A stretch of DNA of 64,000 nt from Anthoceros angustus. Lineage: Eukaryota; Plantae; Anthocerotophyta. A model generated the notes under the pieces. The model had not been told where the DNA came from. It worked only from the letters and a program-made list of their open reading frames with translations, and searched no databases. This document shows, in pieces, positions 47,607 to 58,891 of the stretch. Where the stretch lies: NCBI GenBank assembly GCA_010909165.1, contig MU008169.1, positions 1,736,001 through 1,800,000 on the forward strand, given 5' to 3'. How positions within the stretch are numbered: position 1 is the stretch's first letter; each line of letters begins with the position of its first letter. The position numbers were made by a program, and so were the translations under genes.

Positions 47607-48837
47607 TTATTGTTCACCTTCGTTCTCCGTCTCAGACTCTGGACCCAAAACCTCGTTTGCCCGTCTTTTCAAGCGCAATTCATACAAGCTTTTGGCTAAA
47701 GCCCTCCGACGTGCCACACCTTGTCTATAACTAGCCCTTGCATATGGGTTTTGGTCTCCTCCATCGGCATGGTCTTCCACATTCACCATATTTCGTCTTT
47801 GCCCATGCTTATTATATGCATTGTTGATTTCATACAAAGTCTCTACAGCTGCCCTTGAAGCTTCTTGTTGCAGTGGAGTCCGCCGCTGATGATTGAAGCT
47901 TCTTGTTGCAGTGGAGTCCGCCGCTGATGATTGCTAGAAGCGGAGCTTTGAAGTTCAAGAGTAGCTTGATTGAACCATTCATCCTCAAAGCAATCATTAC
48001 GCTCCACACACATGTTATGCAATACTAGGCATGCACTAACAACACAAGGCACATTTTTCAACTTCATATCATTTCTTTTCAGCAAAATACGGAACCAGCT
48101 TTTCAGCATGCCATATGTCCTTTCCACCACCATTCGAGTACTAGATTGAATAAAATTCCAATTGGCTTCCTCCGCTGTAAATCCATCTTTATGCCCATGG
48201 AATGGAGTTAATAGATGTACTCGAGGCCAATAACCTGCATCTCCCACTAAGGCAAACCATCTAGCATACCTGCTGCACATCTCTTTCCAATTTCCGACCG
48301 CTCCCATACGTTCCAATCATTCATGCTACCTGCCCAACCGAAATCATAATCCCAAACCATTCCTTTTGCATTCACTACTAATTGAAGCAAGCAACTATGA
48401 AACCCCTTCCTACAATAATAGTCAGCATGGTACTCTTTTGGTGCTATGATGGGAATATGGCTACCAACTACTGCTCCTATAACATAAGGAATTCCTCTCA
48501 ATGCCTCAAACTCAGTTGCATACATCTCCATCTTACTTCTGGATGGCCATTGGATATACACATCATGCAATATAGCCCTAAGAGCATTGCAAAATTGTAA
48601 TACGATACCTTGAACAGTAGATGTACCATACCCGTACAGGTCAGCAATAGTGGACAACCTATCCCCACCAGCCAAGCGCATTAAACCAATGGATACTCGA
48701 GCATCCATTGGGACTGCATCTCTAGTAATTCTGTCTTGTTTTTGAAGCATAGGTGCCAACTTCATACAAATGAAGTCAAAGGTAGGTCTACTTACACGCA
48801 TCCTGTTCTTGAACAACTCTGCAGTGTATGTCCCCAT
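47607..48837 (-). pseudogene. Harbinger/HARBI1-type DDE transposase, frameshifted
   Basis: FKNRMRVSRPTF, YYCRKGFHS, GWAGSMNDWNVW, LVGDAGY, SSTRMVVERTYGMLKSWF, ACLVLHN. First catalytic Asp reads V (GAVVGSH); frameshift near 48255 and a short duplication at ~47863-47935. Confidence 0.88.
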
Positions 48838-49699
48838 AAGGCTGCTGTGGCAGAACGTTTGAGAACGTTGAATGACCCAATGCTACGCCTATGTGCATGT
48901 GAACCCCTGCTAGTGTTGAATGACCCAATGACGCCGGCTACGCCTATGTGCATGTGAACCCCTGCTAGTGCCTGCCTAATTGTATTGCAACATATGAACG
49001 GTAGTAGAAATACTAGCTTGTAAATTCAAAAGCAAACAATGTGAAGTAGCTTCTAACGCCATATACAACATGATGCCCATCAGAAAAACACACCACAAGT
49101 TCTGTTCATGGAGATTCATGATAAACCCTAAGTGAAGCCCTCCACTCAAAATCCAAGCTCCAAGCTCCAACTTCCAACCTCCAACCTGCACACCTATGAG
49201 AAAAAGAAGCAAATGAAACGCCTTTGACCGCATAAGCTAGAGCCTTATATACACCTCTATGGGTAAAATGATGGGTCCATGTGAAAGAGCGTGGGACCAC
49301 ATGTGAAAAAATATACCGGTCTTGTGAAACGAGGAACGAGAAAACCCCCACCGTGGCCATGCCAGGGGTGGTATACATTGCCCACCGTGGCACTGACACT
49401 GACATGTGCTAAAAATGTACCGGGCTTGTGAAACGGGCCTCAGTCTGCTGGCTAGGCTGCTGTCAGTCTGCAGACTCTGCAATCTTTTATATTACTATTT
49501 ATAAATTATTTATTTAATATTTATTATATTTAGTGACCAAGGGTCGCAAAAAGGCCCGGTCCCTCCTCGGACCGGGACCGCGCGTAGCCAGGCTAGGCGG
49601 TCCCGGGGACTGAGATAGTACTCGGTCAAAATGACTCGGTCAAAATGACACCCTGATTCCTACCATTTCACATGGCACCAGGAGGCGTCATCTGGGCAG

Positions 49700-50135
49700 C
49701 GGGCGTGGGAGGCCACGTCGGAGGTCACCTGGAGATGCGGCCTGCCGGGGAACCACCAAGAGCAGGAACAGGAAGGCCACCGATGCGTTCCCCCGTTCCC
49801 GTTGCGCGCCTCTGTTGCTGCCGCGTCCCCGTAGCCGTGCTGTGATCGGCTCACACAAACCCTGCTAACCAGAACGCGAATCCTCGCAACATCGTCCTCC
49901 CGATCTGCGCGGCCGGCCTGCAACAGACAGCCAGAGGATCCAGCATTGCAGCTCCCGCGAGCACGCCCAGATCCAAGCCACCACAACCCCAGCTCACACT
50001 GCCATCCGGCCTCGCTCACCAAATGCTTGACGAAGGCGTCTCGAAGCGCGGTGGGACATGAAGAGCAGACACGGGCAGCACAGAGGTCCGCTGAGAGCCA
50101 GACGGAGCTGAGGCGAAGTGAAGTGAGGAGTCGAC
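49700..50135 (-). pseudogene. Inverted, diverged 5' fragment (leader and signal peptide) of the Pro-rich membrane protein gene at 52234
   Basis: Reverse complement matches 51900-52320 (cccagatccaa, tcaccaaatgc, gcagcacagag, agcagggt.tgtgtgagc.gat, ttcctgctcttggtg); both ATGs read ACG. Confidence 0.75.
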
Positions 50136-50878
50136 ATTGGCCGATGGCCCGTTGGCCAGGCCGCGCTGCTTGCCTCTATGCAGTGGCCAGGCCATCCGAT
50201 TCCTCATTCCCTGCCCATGGCAACCAGGCCTTCGCTCCCCCCACGACCGCTACCACGAAGCTCTGTCCATAAGGACGCCAAGGACTCGGAGTCATTGCTT
50301 TGTTTTCCGCCATGACAGTACGTGGACTGACCAGGTTTAGGGTTTACGGTTTTAGGGTCTCGCACTTACTTCCCACATGTGACACTTACTTCCCACATGT
50401 GATCGGAGTTGAGCTACTGTTGGACTCCTATTACAATGCGTGTGCTAACGTCCGTACCCGAATGCTGTTATTCCCGCTAACAACATAGGTACATCTTTAC
50501 GATATTTATGATTTTCTAAGGCTACAAAAAATTACTTTAAAACTACGTACCTATTATACAGGATGGGATTTACAGTACTTAGGATGATGATATGTATCAA
50601 TGAATTATGCCAGGGGCACATGATTCCCGGTTATGATTACATACTTAATACACAATAAGTTTAGGATTATTGAATCCTGACTGTATCGGTTGTTGGTTGG
50701 AGTGAGAGTTACATTAGACACATGTCTTTTGTTCTTCTTGCTTGTGTGACGATATATTTTCATTTTATCTTTACTTACACAATAAATTACCTTCTAGGAT
50801 AGCCCAATGGGGATTCCTTTTTGTGGCCAACATAAGTTCAACAAGAACAATAGGGACGATCGAGACAGCAGTTTGTTT

Positions 50879-51073
50879 AAGGTATGTTGTTATAGATCGA
50901 TTTAAACAAAGTTTTGCATGAGGGAAAGAGTATGTAGTTTGACATAGATCGATTTAAACAAAGTTTTGCATGTGGGCAAAGGTATGTTGTTTGACATAGA
51001 TCAATTTAAACAAAGTTTTGCATGAGGGGAAGGGTATGTTGTTTGATATAGATTGATTTAAACAAAGTTTTGC
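50879..51073. repeat. ~52-bp minisatellite, about 3.7 copies
   Basis: aggtatgttgtttgacatagatcgatttaaacaaagttttgcatgaggg repeated. Confidence 0.88.
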
Positions 51074-52233
51074 TCAAACCGATTACTTAAGCTCTAAATC
51101 GGAAATGATAAATCACCCCAACTTGCCACATTTTGGCAATACTACTTCAAATTTTGGCCGATGCAATGGAGATGAGCATCTTGACTATGATATGACATCT
51201 TAGGAGGGGTAGATAGCTACTGAATAGAAGGACCTAGTTCCCTTGGCCTGGGCTTCTAGAGGGTTGTTTCTCATCGTCTCTAATGTAAGTGGGATTTCCC
51301 AATCTCTCGTATTTTATTATTTAATTTATATGTAATATTTATTATTTTAAAATTATTATATATAGGAATTTAATATATTTATTATTATATATCTCAAGTT
51401 TAAGTTTATTATACGTCTCCGCTCAAGAACTGACACGAGGGAATCCGGTGCGCCCGCCCAGAGACGGCGAACGAGGTGATAAATGGGTAGAGTTGAAAAC
51501 GTGTAATGGCGGTGATGTGCGGGGTTAGTGGGTCGAAATTCGTAATAATGTGATTGCGGAGGTTAGTGGTGATGAGTGTGGTGTGCGGGGAGGTGGGGAG
51601 AAGGGAGTACTAGCCGGGCGGATACATACCTGGACGAGGTTGGCGCCTGCGGGGTGTGACGTGTTTGAAACCGGCCTGGACGTGCCGCCCTTGGCCGGGT
51701 ATAAATCTTGAAATGGGCGCGTGGAAGCCGGGAAAGGGACGAAGGGACGGGGCAACTCCGGCTTGCGCTTTGCTTGCTTCGCCTTCGCCTTCGCCTTCGG
51801 GGTCACTGCATCGGCAGTGGCACGACGCCGCTTGACGCCACTGACATCAGAGCGCGTTCCGCGCCGATCCGCGTTCCCCTCGCTCCTTCTCCCACCTTCC
51901 CGACCCATCACGCTTCGGCTCAGCTCTCTTGTGCTTCGCTGAGCTCTGTGCTGCTCGTTTCTGCGGCTCCCGGTTCAAAGCTGCGCTCTGAGGCGCGTTT
52001 GCAAGGCATTTGGTGAAGGAGGCCGGCGGGAGGGCTGGTGGGTTGGATCTGGGAGCGCTGGGGGGTCTGCTGCTGGTGCTGGATCGGTTCGCTGACTGTG
52101 GCACCCCGGCTGTGCAGATTGAGAGGATAATATTGCGAGAGCCAGGGTTTGAGTGTCGGCTGCTCCGGCATTGCGAGGATTTGGATTTGGGTTTGGATCA
52201 GCAGGGTGTGTGTGAGCTGATTGGAGGACAGCT

Positions 52234-53117
52234 ATGGGGATGCGGCAGCAGCAGTCGAGGCGGGGACCGGGACCGTGACCGGGGCAGCATTGTTGGCGTT
52301 CCTGCTCTTGGTGCTGGTCCAGTGTGTGGTAGCCCAGCCGGCCTCCTCCCCTTCGTCACCGGAAGTCCCCCGTAGTCGCTCCTCCATCTCCGCCGCTCAC
52401 AGCCCCTCCTCCATCTCCGCTGCTCACAGCCCTCCTCCATCTCCCCGCTCACAGCCCCTCCTCCATCTCCCCGCTCACAGCCCTCCTCCATCTCCGCCGC
52501 TCACAGCCCTCCTCCATCTCCCCGCTCACAGCCCCTCCTCCATCTCCCCGCTCACAGCTCCTCCTCCATCTCCCCGCTCACAGCCCTCCTCCATCTCCCC
52601 GCTCACAGCCCCTCCTCCATCTCCCCGCTCACAGCCCCTCCTCCATCTCCCCGCTCACAGCCCCTCCAGCTTCCTGCCTGCGAGCCCTCCAGCTTCCCAC
52701 CCACAGTCCCCCTGAGCCCTCCAGCTTCCCACCCACAGTCCCCCCATGAGCCCTCCAGCTTCCCACCCACAGTCCCCCCATGAGCCCTCCAGCTTCCCAC
52801 CCACAGTCCCCCTGTGAGCCTCCAACTGCCCCTCCGCCTCCCCACCTGCTAACCCTGCAGCACCTCCTCCACCTTCACAAGCACGTTCCCCTCCAGCCCC
52901 CGGGTTCCCGCCACCCCCGCCACCCTCGCCGACCTCGACTCCCGAGACGACAGGAGGGGGGAAGAAGTCGTCAGCAGGTAAAAATGCTGGTATAGCAGTC
53001 GGTGTCATCCTGGGAGCTGCTGTCCTGGGAGGACTTCTCTACGTCTGCGCCAAGAGACGAGAAAATCAAAGAAGAGCTTCATACGGCAGGGGTACGTACA
53101 ATCTTCCTTCAGCCTGA
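52234..53117 (+). CDS. Pro/Ser-rich (extensin/AGP-like) single-pass membrane protein; apparent frameshifts in C/G homopolymers are probably sequencing errors
   Basis: Signal peptide ALLAFLLLVLVQCVVAQ; ~27-bp PPPSPPLTA and ~36-bp SPPASHPQSP repeats; TM GIAVGVILGAAVLGGLLYV; basic tail KRRENQRRASYG; stop at 53115-53117. Confidence 0.75.
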
Positions 53118-54113
53118 CGAACTAACAGCACTGACTGCCTTCAGGTCAGGTCCAGGGCTCCATGTCGGGGCTCCTTAGCTTGGGGACTGGCTCTCCTTGG
53201 GCTTCCCATGAGCATCCCGTCAGACTATTTTCCTCTGCAGCATTATTTCAGCGAGCTCAGTATTTCGCAAGGAGTAGCATTTCATTTCATGCCATGCCTC
53301 CTGGACTGGACTGGACTGGACTGGCTGGGGAAATAGTACACCAAGTTTTCAGCTCCGCTTGCTAGATCCTCCATGTTTCACCTGGCCATAGCGAGAGCCA
53401 TAGGGTGTTGATCCCAAAACATTGTCCTCGTTTCAGTGTGGCTGCTTTCGTAGCTTTCGTAGTACGTGCTGGCTTCAGGTCGTGGCGGGATTATGATTTT
53501 GTCATCAATCTGCTCCTGATTGTCACCCTACGAAATTGCTTCTCTGTTCAGGTTGAGGATCTCTTGGACATACACGTTGGAGTCTGGATTCCCATGGACA
53601 CATCTTTGGAGTCAGGATTCCCTTGACCATGACCATGACCATACACAGTGGACTGGAGTACATATACTTGGAGGTGGGTGTGTACTACACAGTGTAGGCT
53701 AGTGTGATTGGAATGCCCAAGCTGGAAGGTTGTGTCGTTGTGGCTCGCCGACTTTGTCATCTTTTTTCTCGAGGTACAACACACAGCTGTTTAGGTATCG
53801 ATGTAGGCGCATTCTTTGAGGCCGATCTGTACCGTTTTCGTCGGTTGCACGGAGGCTGAACAGGAGTTTGTAGCGGTGTTATCACCTAACTTTATTCAGC
53901 TCACGAAAACCTTGTGGGAGATTTCCGCTGTAATTCAAATTATCCCGCCATTGTACAGTTTCGGCAATGAACCTTTCTCGTGCTTGTACACCCGTGCTTT
54001 ACGATAACGTGTGTTCTGCCCTGCTTTAATTTCGCGCGTACCAGATTAAGGATTCGCGTCTCGCGTGGTCGACACACGCGTTCCGAAGAAACGATTGGCC
54101 GGCTTTTGTCGAC

Positions 54114-56755
54114 ATGACCGCGACTTCGCACCCGGACAAGCACGCGGGCCGGATGGACTCCAGCTCCGCTTCCTGTCGCGGAAGCAACAGCGATGGCCGG
54201 ACGGATTGCGACGGCGTTCCCGCGCCTGCGTCGGAAGGAGTGCTGCGCAAGATCCAAGGTGGACAACTGTTGCAATTCGCCTTTCTTGTAACATGTTGTA
54301 GGCAGTGAAAGCGTCGTTTTCCTCTCCTCGTCAAGATAGGAATGAGACATCGCCTTCCGGCTTCCAATGTTGTTGCTGTTCGAAGGTTGGAGAAGACAAA
54401 ACCTCTCAATGCAAACTCTTCAGGTTTGATCCTGCAGATATTACGTGCCATCGAAGACGGCGTGTTGCCAAATCTGAAGGTCGCAAGATATCGCCATCGG
54501 ACATTCACTTCAAACGAGTCCGCCACTGACGTGACCTCGTAAGTGCTAACCGTCCAGCAAAAGCAACATGGATGCGCCTTTTGGATAGAGGGAGCGTCCC
54601 TGCCGCTGGATTGGAACGCTAAATTCTCACTCCGTCACGTTGCTTTGCGCATGCTTCAGCATCTTCCAGCGGATGGAGGAGGATAGAACGGTTTCCTATG
54701 CTAGGAATGGAGCACAACGACTTGGTAAGCTGCCTGCTCTTGCCATTACAAGTGTATCGATTGTCGTGAACCTTTTGGTGTCCTGAAATCCTTTGTTGCT
54801 TCCTGTGTTGTAGTTGTTATACTCAGGATTCTGCAGATAGCACAACTGTTAATCCTACAAAAGAAACACGCCACCAAACGGGATGTGTATTACTCTGACC
54901 CGGAGATTTTCAGAGGTTTTGCTTCTTTGACAAAGACCATGCTGTTTCCGGGCAGCACTTGCCTACACACAAATATGAGCTCTGACCATGAGCAACATAT
55001 GTGGTCACCAGATCAAGTTACTGTTGACCGGGGAATACACGACATCTGCCTCATGTTCCAGTGCAGTCGTTCATGTCTCAATGTGGTACCTAGCTATACG
55101 ACATACCATTCCCAAGACGCATGGTGACTGAAAATGCATGGAGAGTCTTCACTGCTTACAAGTGCACAGATAACTTTAGTTTAGCGAGACCAACTCTCTG
55201 CATTCTGTCAGTCAGCGAAACTGCTAACCATTGTGCCTTGCGAGGCACATATCCGCTTGTTGGCGAAATAGGTTTCTGTGTGTAAGGGGTAAGCTGGCAA
55301 TCTATCCGCTTCTGATAGCATGATGGCTGACTTCATATTGATCAGCAGCTTGATATCGGCTTGCTCACCTTTTCAGATTGTTGATGGGATCTGTATCCTA
55401 CATTTATGCGCGACAGAAGATCGATTGCGCACAACACGAGTTTACTGTAAGCGTTGGTGGTGTTGCTTGGACAATTGAAGGAAGACCTGTTATTGATAAA
55501 ATTCCTCTCGCTACCAGGCTTTTCCTATCCCTGTGCATATCGATCAAGTCTCCAGTATCCTTTAGGTGTTTCTTATTCTGGTCATCAGCATCCCGTCGTT
55601 CCAGGAGTTACGATGTGTTTTCCTTGAGTCCAACCTACAAGACATGAAGAGCACTGCTGCTTACATTCTTCTGGTGGAGAAGGAAACAGGTCAGATCCGT
55701 ACGACTACACAGATGAGACTTGCCAGCGGCGTTTCCAGCGAAGTGCAGAACTGACTCTCCCATCTTCTTCAGTATTTGAGCGGCTTGCGAACGACGGATT
55801 TTGCGCTAGAAACCGTTGCATTCTTCTAACGGTGAGTTCCGCCGTAACAGAGGAACTTTTAGAAGCAGTGATTTGCTCACGCCATCTTTGTCGTGGGATT
55901 ATCCGTCGGTGTGGCCTTTATACCTTACATTAACATTACCTGATAACCTGGCATGGTTACCATACTTTCAGGGGAAAGGTTACCCAGATGTTGCAACAAG
56001 AAGGTACTTGGTTGGTTGGGGATTGCTCAGCCCTAATATGTATTTCTTTGGGTCCCTAAACTGGCTGTGTTCGTGCAGTTTCCTACGACTGCTTACTAGC
56101 ACATTGAAGCTTCCCATCTACGGACTTGTCGACAGCGACCCATATGGCGTGGACATCCTGTCTACTTACCGTTTTGGATCTCTGGTATTGACGGAATAGA
56201 TTTGCTGTCTCTATTTCCGAAAACATTGGCCAACAGTTCCCTCATTTCGTGTAACTGTCAACAGGCGATGGCTTCTGAAGCGGAGACATTGGCTGTAGCA
56301 TCAATCCGTTGGCTAGGCCTATTTGTCTCGGATTTTGAGAGATTCAACATACCACGCCCGTGCTTACTTCCCATGTCCCAAAGAGGTATGCCCACATCCT
56401 TTCTTGCCAGAACCAAATTTGGTAGCCAGTGTCAGTTGAAGGGGACTGGATTCCTTGCAGACCACAAGAAGGCTGATGAGATGTTAAAGAAGAGCCATCT
56501 AGCACAACTTGCGCCCAAGTGGTGGTAAGATGGATGCGTTCTGAGCTCTCCTTAAAATAGGAACCCAGCAAGCTGATAGATGGGTCAAAAAAAAACCGGA
56601 GCCACTTGACTTTCCCATCCTCCCATGGCAGGTCGCAGCTAGCAGCCATGAAGGCGGGTAACGTCAAGCTGAAGATTGAGGCACTGTCGGCGGTATCGTT
56701 TTCACAACTTGCAGACGTCTACATTCCAGCGAAAATTCGCGACGGCCCCATCTGA
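54114..56755 (+). CDS. SPO11-1: Meiotic recombination protein SPO11-1, 15 predicted exons including a 17-nt microexon (55272-55288)
   Basis: Catalytic-Tyr motif HATKRDVYY; DICLMFQCSR; TOPRIM ILLVEKETVFERL, GKGYPDVATR, LVDSDPYG; KIEALS; all introns GT-AG. Start may be at 54153. Confidence 0.92.
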
Positions 56756-56837
56756 AGTCTACATGCTAGGCCAACGTTCTGCTGGTCATGCCTTCCAATC
56801 TGTGCCCTTAGAAGCCCGTAGGTCCTCATTTTCTCCA

Positions 56838-57733
56838 TTACCTGCCTTTGGCATATCCAAACGAGTCTCTCATTTCTCTCAGCATAGCCTCAGAGAAGCG
56901 CCACTGCTTGCCACTGGCAGAGGCTATGAACACATACAGCTGAGACCCCGAGACATAGGCTGAAAGAAGCCTGTGGGGGGAGTTCAGCTCGTACAGATAA
57001 TAGGTCTTACCATTCTTTCCCCCAACCTTTGAATCCACTACTTTGGCAGGCTGGTCAGGGGGGCCAAACCTACCGATCACTCCATCTGCGTCACCTAGCT
57101 GTTCTATAGTCTCAATATCCCCATTACCTGCAGCAACATGTACGAGCTCCAGGGCTTCAATTCTCTAGCTCTGGCACAGGATTGAGAGACAACTTGTGCA
57201 CCCATTCCCTTAACCCCCACTTACCAACGGGAAGCACGAGCACCTCCAGTGAGCCATTAGGTCCAGAAAACCTGGTGTCTGTCCCATACAGCTTGGCATC
57301 ATTCAGGCTAACAGGCTCTTGCAACCAGCCCGCGGGGACATCGAACTCGTAGGGGTCAGTGCTGCGCTCCTTCCCGTCGGGCTTGTAGAAACGCTGCAAC
57401 TCTGCCACCCCACCAATGTACCCTCCAAGTCTAGTCTAGGTCTAGGTAGCCAGTCACACTGTCGTGGGCAACAGATGCACAACACTCACCGTAGCTACCG
57501 GCCGCCAGTCCGAACCGGGGCCTGGCAAGCTGGGTTGCCATAACGCTCAAGAAGCTGAAGCTGGTCGCCACCAACGCCCTTCTGGACAAGCAGCTGGGAC
57601 CGTCCTGTTCCACTCCCAACCCATTTCCAGCCCTGACAGCGGACGCACGAGGTTCGAAACGCACCTGCGCCTGCCCCAGCCCGGCCGCAAGAACGCAACA
57701 CCCCGTCGCGCCTACCAAGGCCTGAAGATGCAT
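56838..57733 (-). CDS. Thylakoid-lumen PsbP-domain protein (divergent, PPD4-related); 3 exons
   Basis: Twin-Arg signal LSRRALV...GLAA; PYEFDVPAGW, IEQLGDA..VIGRFGP, GKTYYLYEL..PHRLLSA..SGSQLY...QW...MRDSF. Confidence 0.85.
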
Positions 57734-57882
57734 TGCGTGTTGGAACCAGCCTCTGCGGAATCGATGCTTGGAGCGCCACCTCTGCCTCGGGGTTCTGCAG
57801 CGTCGGAGTAAGTTGCCGGTAAACTTTCGGTTACAGCCCGTATATAAATATTAAAAATTCATTTGCTGCAATATTTTAAAGG
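57734..57882. promoter_or_regulatory. 149-bp putative bidirectional promoter with TATA box
   Basis: Head-to-head start codons at 57733 (-) and 57883 (+); TATATAAATA at 57841. Confidence 0.55.
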
Positions 57883-58380
57883 ATGGCCAGTCTACCGAGC
57901 CTGAGCATGCTGCTGCTGCTGCTGTTGGCATCTGCTTTGGCCAGCCATGAAGCAGAGCAGCAGCCGTGGTTCAGTCAGGAGAACCACGTATTGGATGCCG
58001 GGGAGTCCTTGCTGTCAATCTCAGGCCAATTCCAGTTCCATTTGGAGAACGCCACTTGCATGGCAGGCCTGTACGAGGTGGGAAGCATGTTGCCCATCTG
58101 GAGGTCCAGTCTGCAGACGTATGTGGACGTGGAGGTGGCCCGCACCTGCAGCCTGGCGTTACTGAAGAGCGGAAATCTCGTGATCGGTACTAGATTTCAT
58201 GGCCTTGGCATTCTTTGGGAGAGCGGATCGGGCTCCATCTTTCACAGAAATTGCGAGCTTCGGCTGAGCGAAACTAACGTGTTTGGTGGACCCGCTGCTT
58301 CCGTGGTATGCGAAGTTGGTGTTCTCTCCAAAGGAAGAAAGGTCATCTGGTCCACTGACCGCCAACGTATCCACACCTGA
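57883..58380 (+). CDS. Small secreted bulb-type (GNA/B) lectin-fold protein, intronless
   Basis: Signal peptide; LDAGESLLS..GQFQF..., PIWRS, CSLALLKSGNLVI, ILWESGS pattern. Confidence 0.72.
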   Translation: MASLPSLSMLLLLLLASALASHEAEQQPWFSQENHVLDAGESLLSISGQFQFHLENATCMAGLYEVGSMLPIWRSSLQTYVDVEVARTCSLALLKSGNLVIGTRFHGLGILWESGSGSIFHRNCELRLSETNVFGGPAASVVCEVGVLSKGRKVIWSTDRQRIHT

Positions 58381-58431
58381 ACCCCCGAGGGAATACGTGT
58401 TGATCAAAAACATTTGAGAAGCCGACTATCA

Positions 58432-58891
58432 TGTTGGACTAACTCTTACTTGTCGAATTTCCTTTTCTCGTACAGAATTTTAGCGACGCTCGGTACCGAG
58501 CACCCGTGCAGACATGTTATAGACACATGTATCCCATATAGCAGGGTACCAATTACAAGTGGCGAGCATATACCAATTACAAGCCGCGAGCAGGGGATAC
58601 ATAGAATACCTGCTCTCCATTTTGCTAAACAGCTGGGGTTATGGCGTATGCCAGTAGGGGTCATGCCCTACTCGCAAGCAATAGGCAAAACACTAGCATT
58701 ATAACATAGTGCAAGCCAGACTAAGGAATGAATGATTAGGGTAGAGAGTGTGTCATATGAGTATGTTTTGGTAACTGCGTAACCTCTTGAGCGGTTAGAG
58801 TTCTAGCGTCCTGACTTAATTAATGCCTATAATGAAGCGTGCCCTAAAGTATAGTACATGTGCAGTATTGTATGACACATCGTCTCCAACA
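58432..58891 (-). repeat. 3' LTR (460 bp) of the copia element
   Basis: Terminal inverted repeat TGTTGGA...TCCAACA; minus-strand polypurine tract AAGGGGAG immediately adjacent (58892-58899). Confidence 0.8.

Larger units (their letters stand above)
45797..49439. mobile_element. PIF/Harbinger DNA transposon (Myb ORF and transposase, convergent); boundaries approximate
   Basis: Two-ORF organisation; PIF-like right end (reverse complement GGCCCGTTTCAC); subterminal gccacggtg/caccgtggc motifs; left TIR degenerate. Confidence 0.75.
45512..49655. mobile_element. Non-autonomous hAT-type element (about 0.5 kb of its own sequence) with a nested Harbinger element
   Basis: 18-bp TIRs CAGGGTGTCATCTTGACC / GGTCAAAATGACACCCTG (1 mismatch), 8-bp TSD attactac / attcctac, and cggtcc(c/g) subterminal repeats at both ends. 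Confidence 0.82.
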
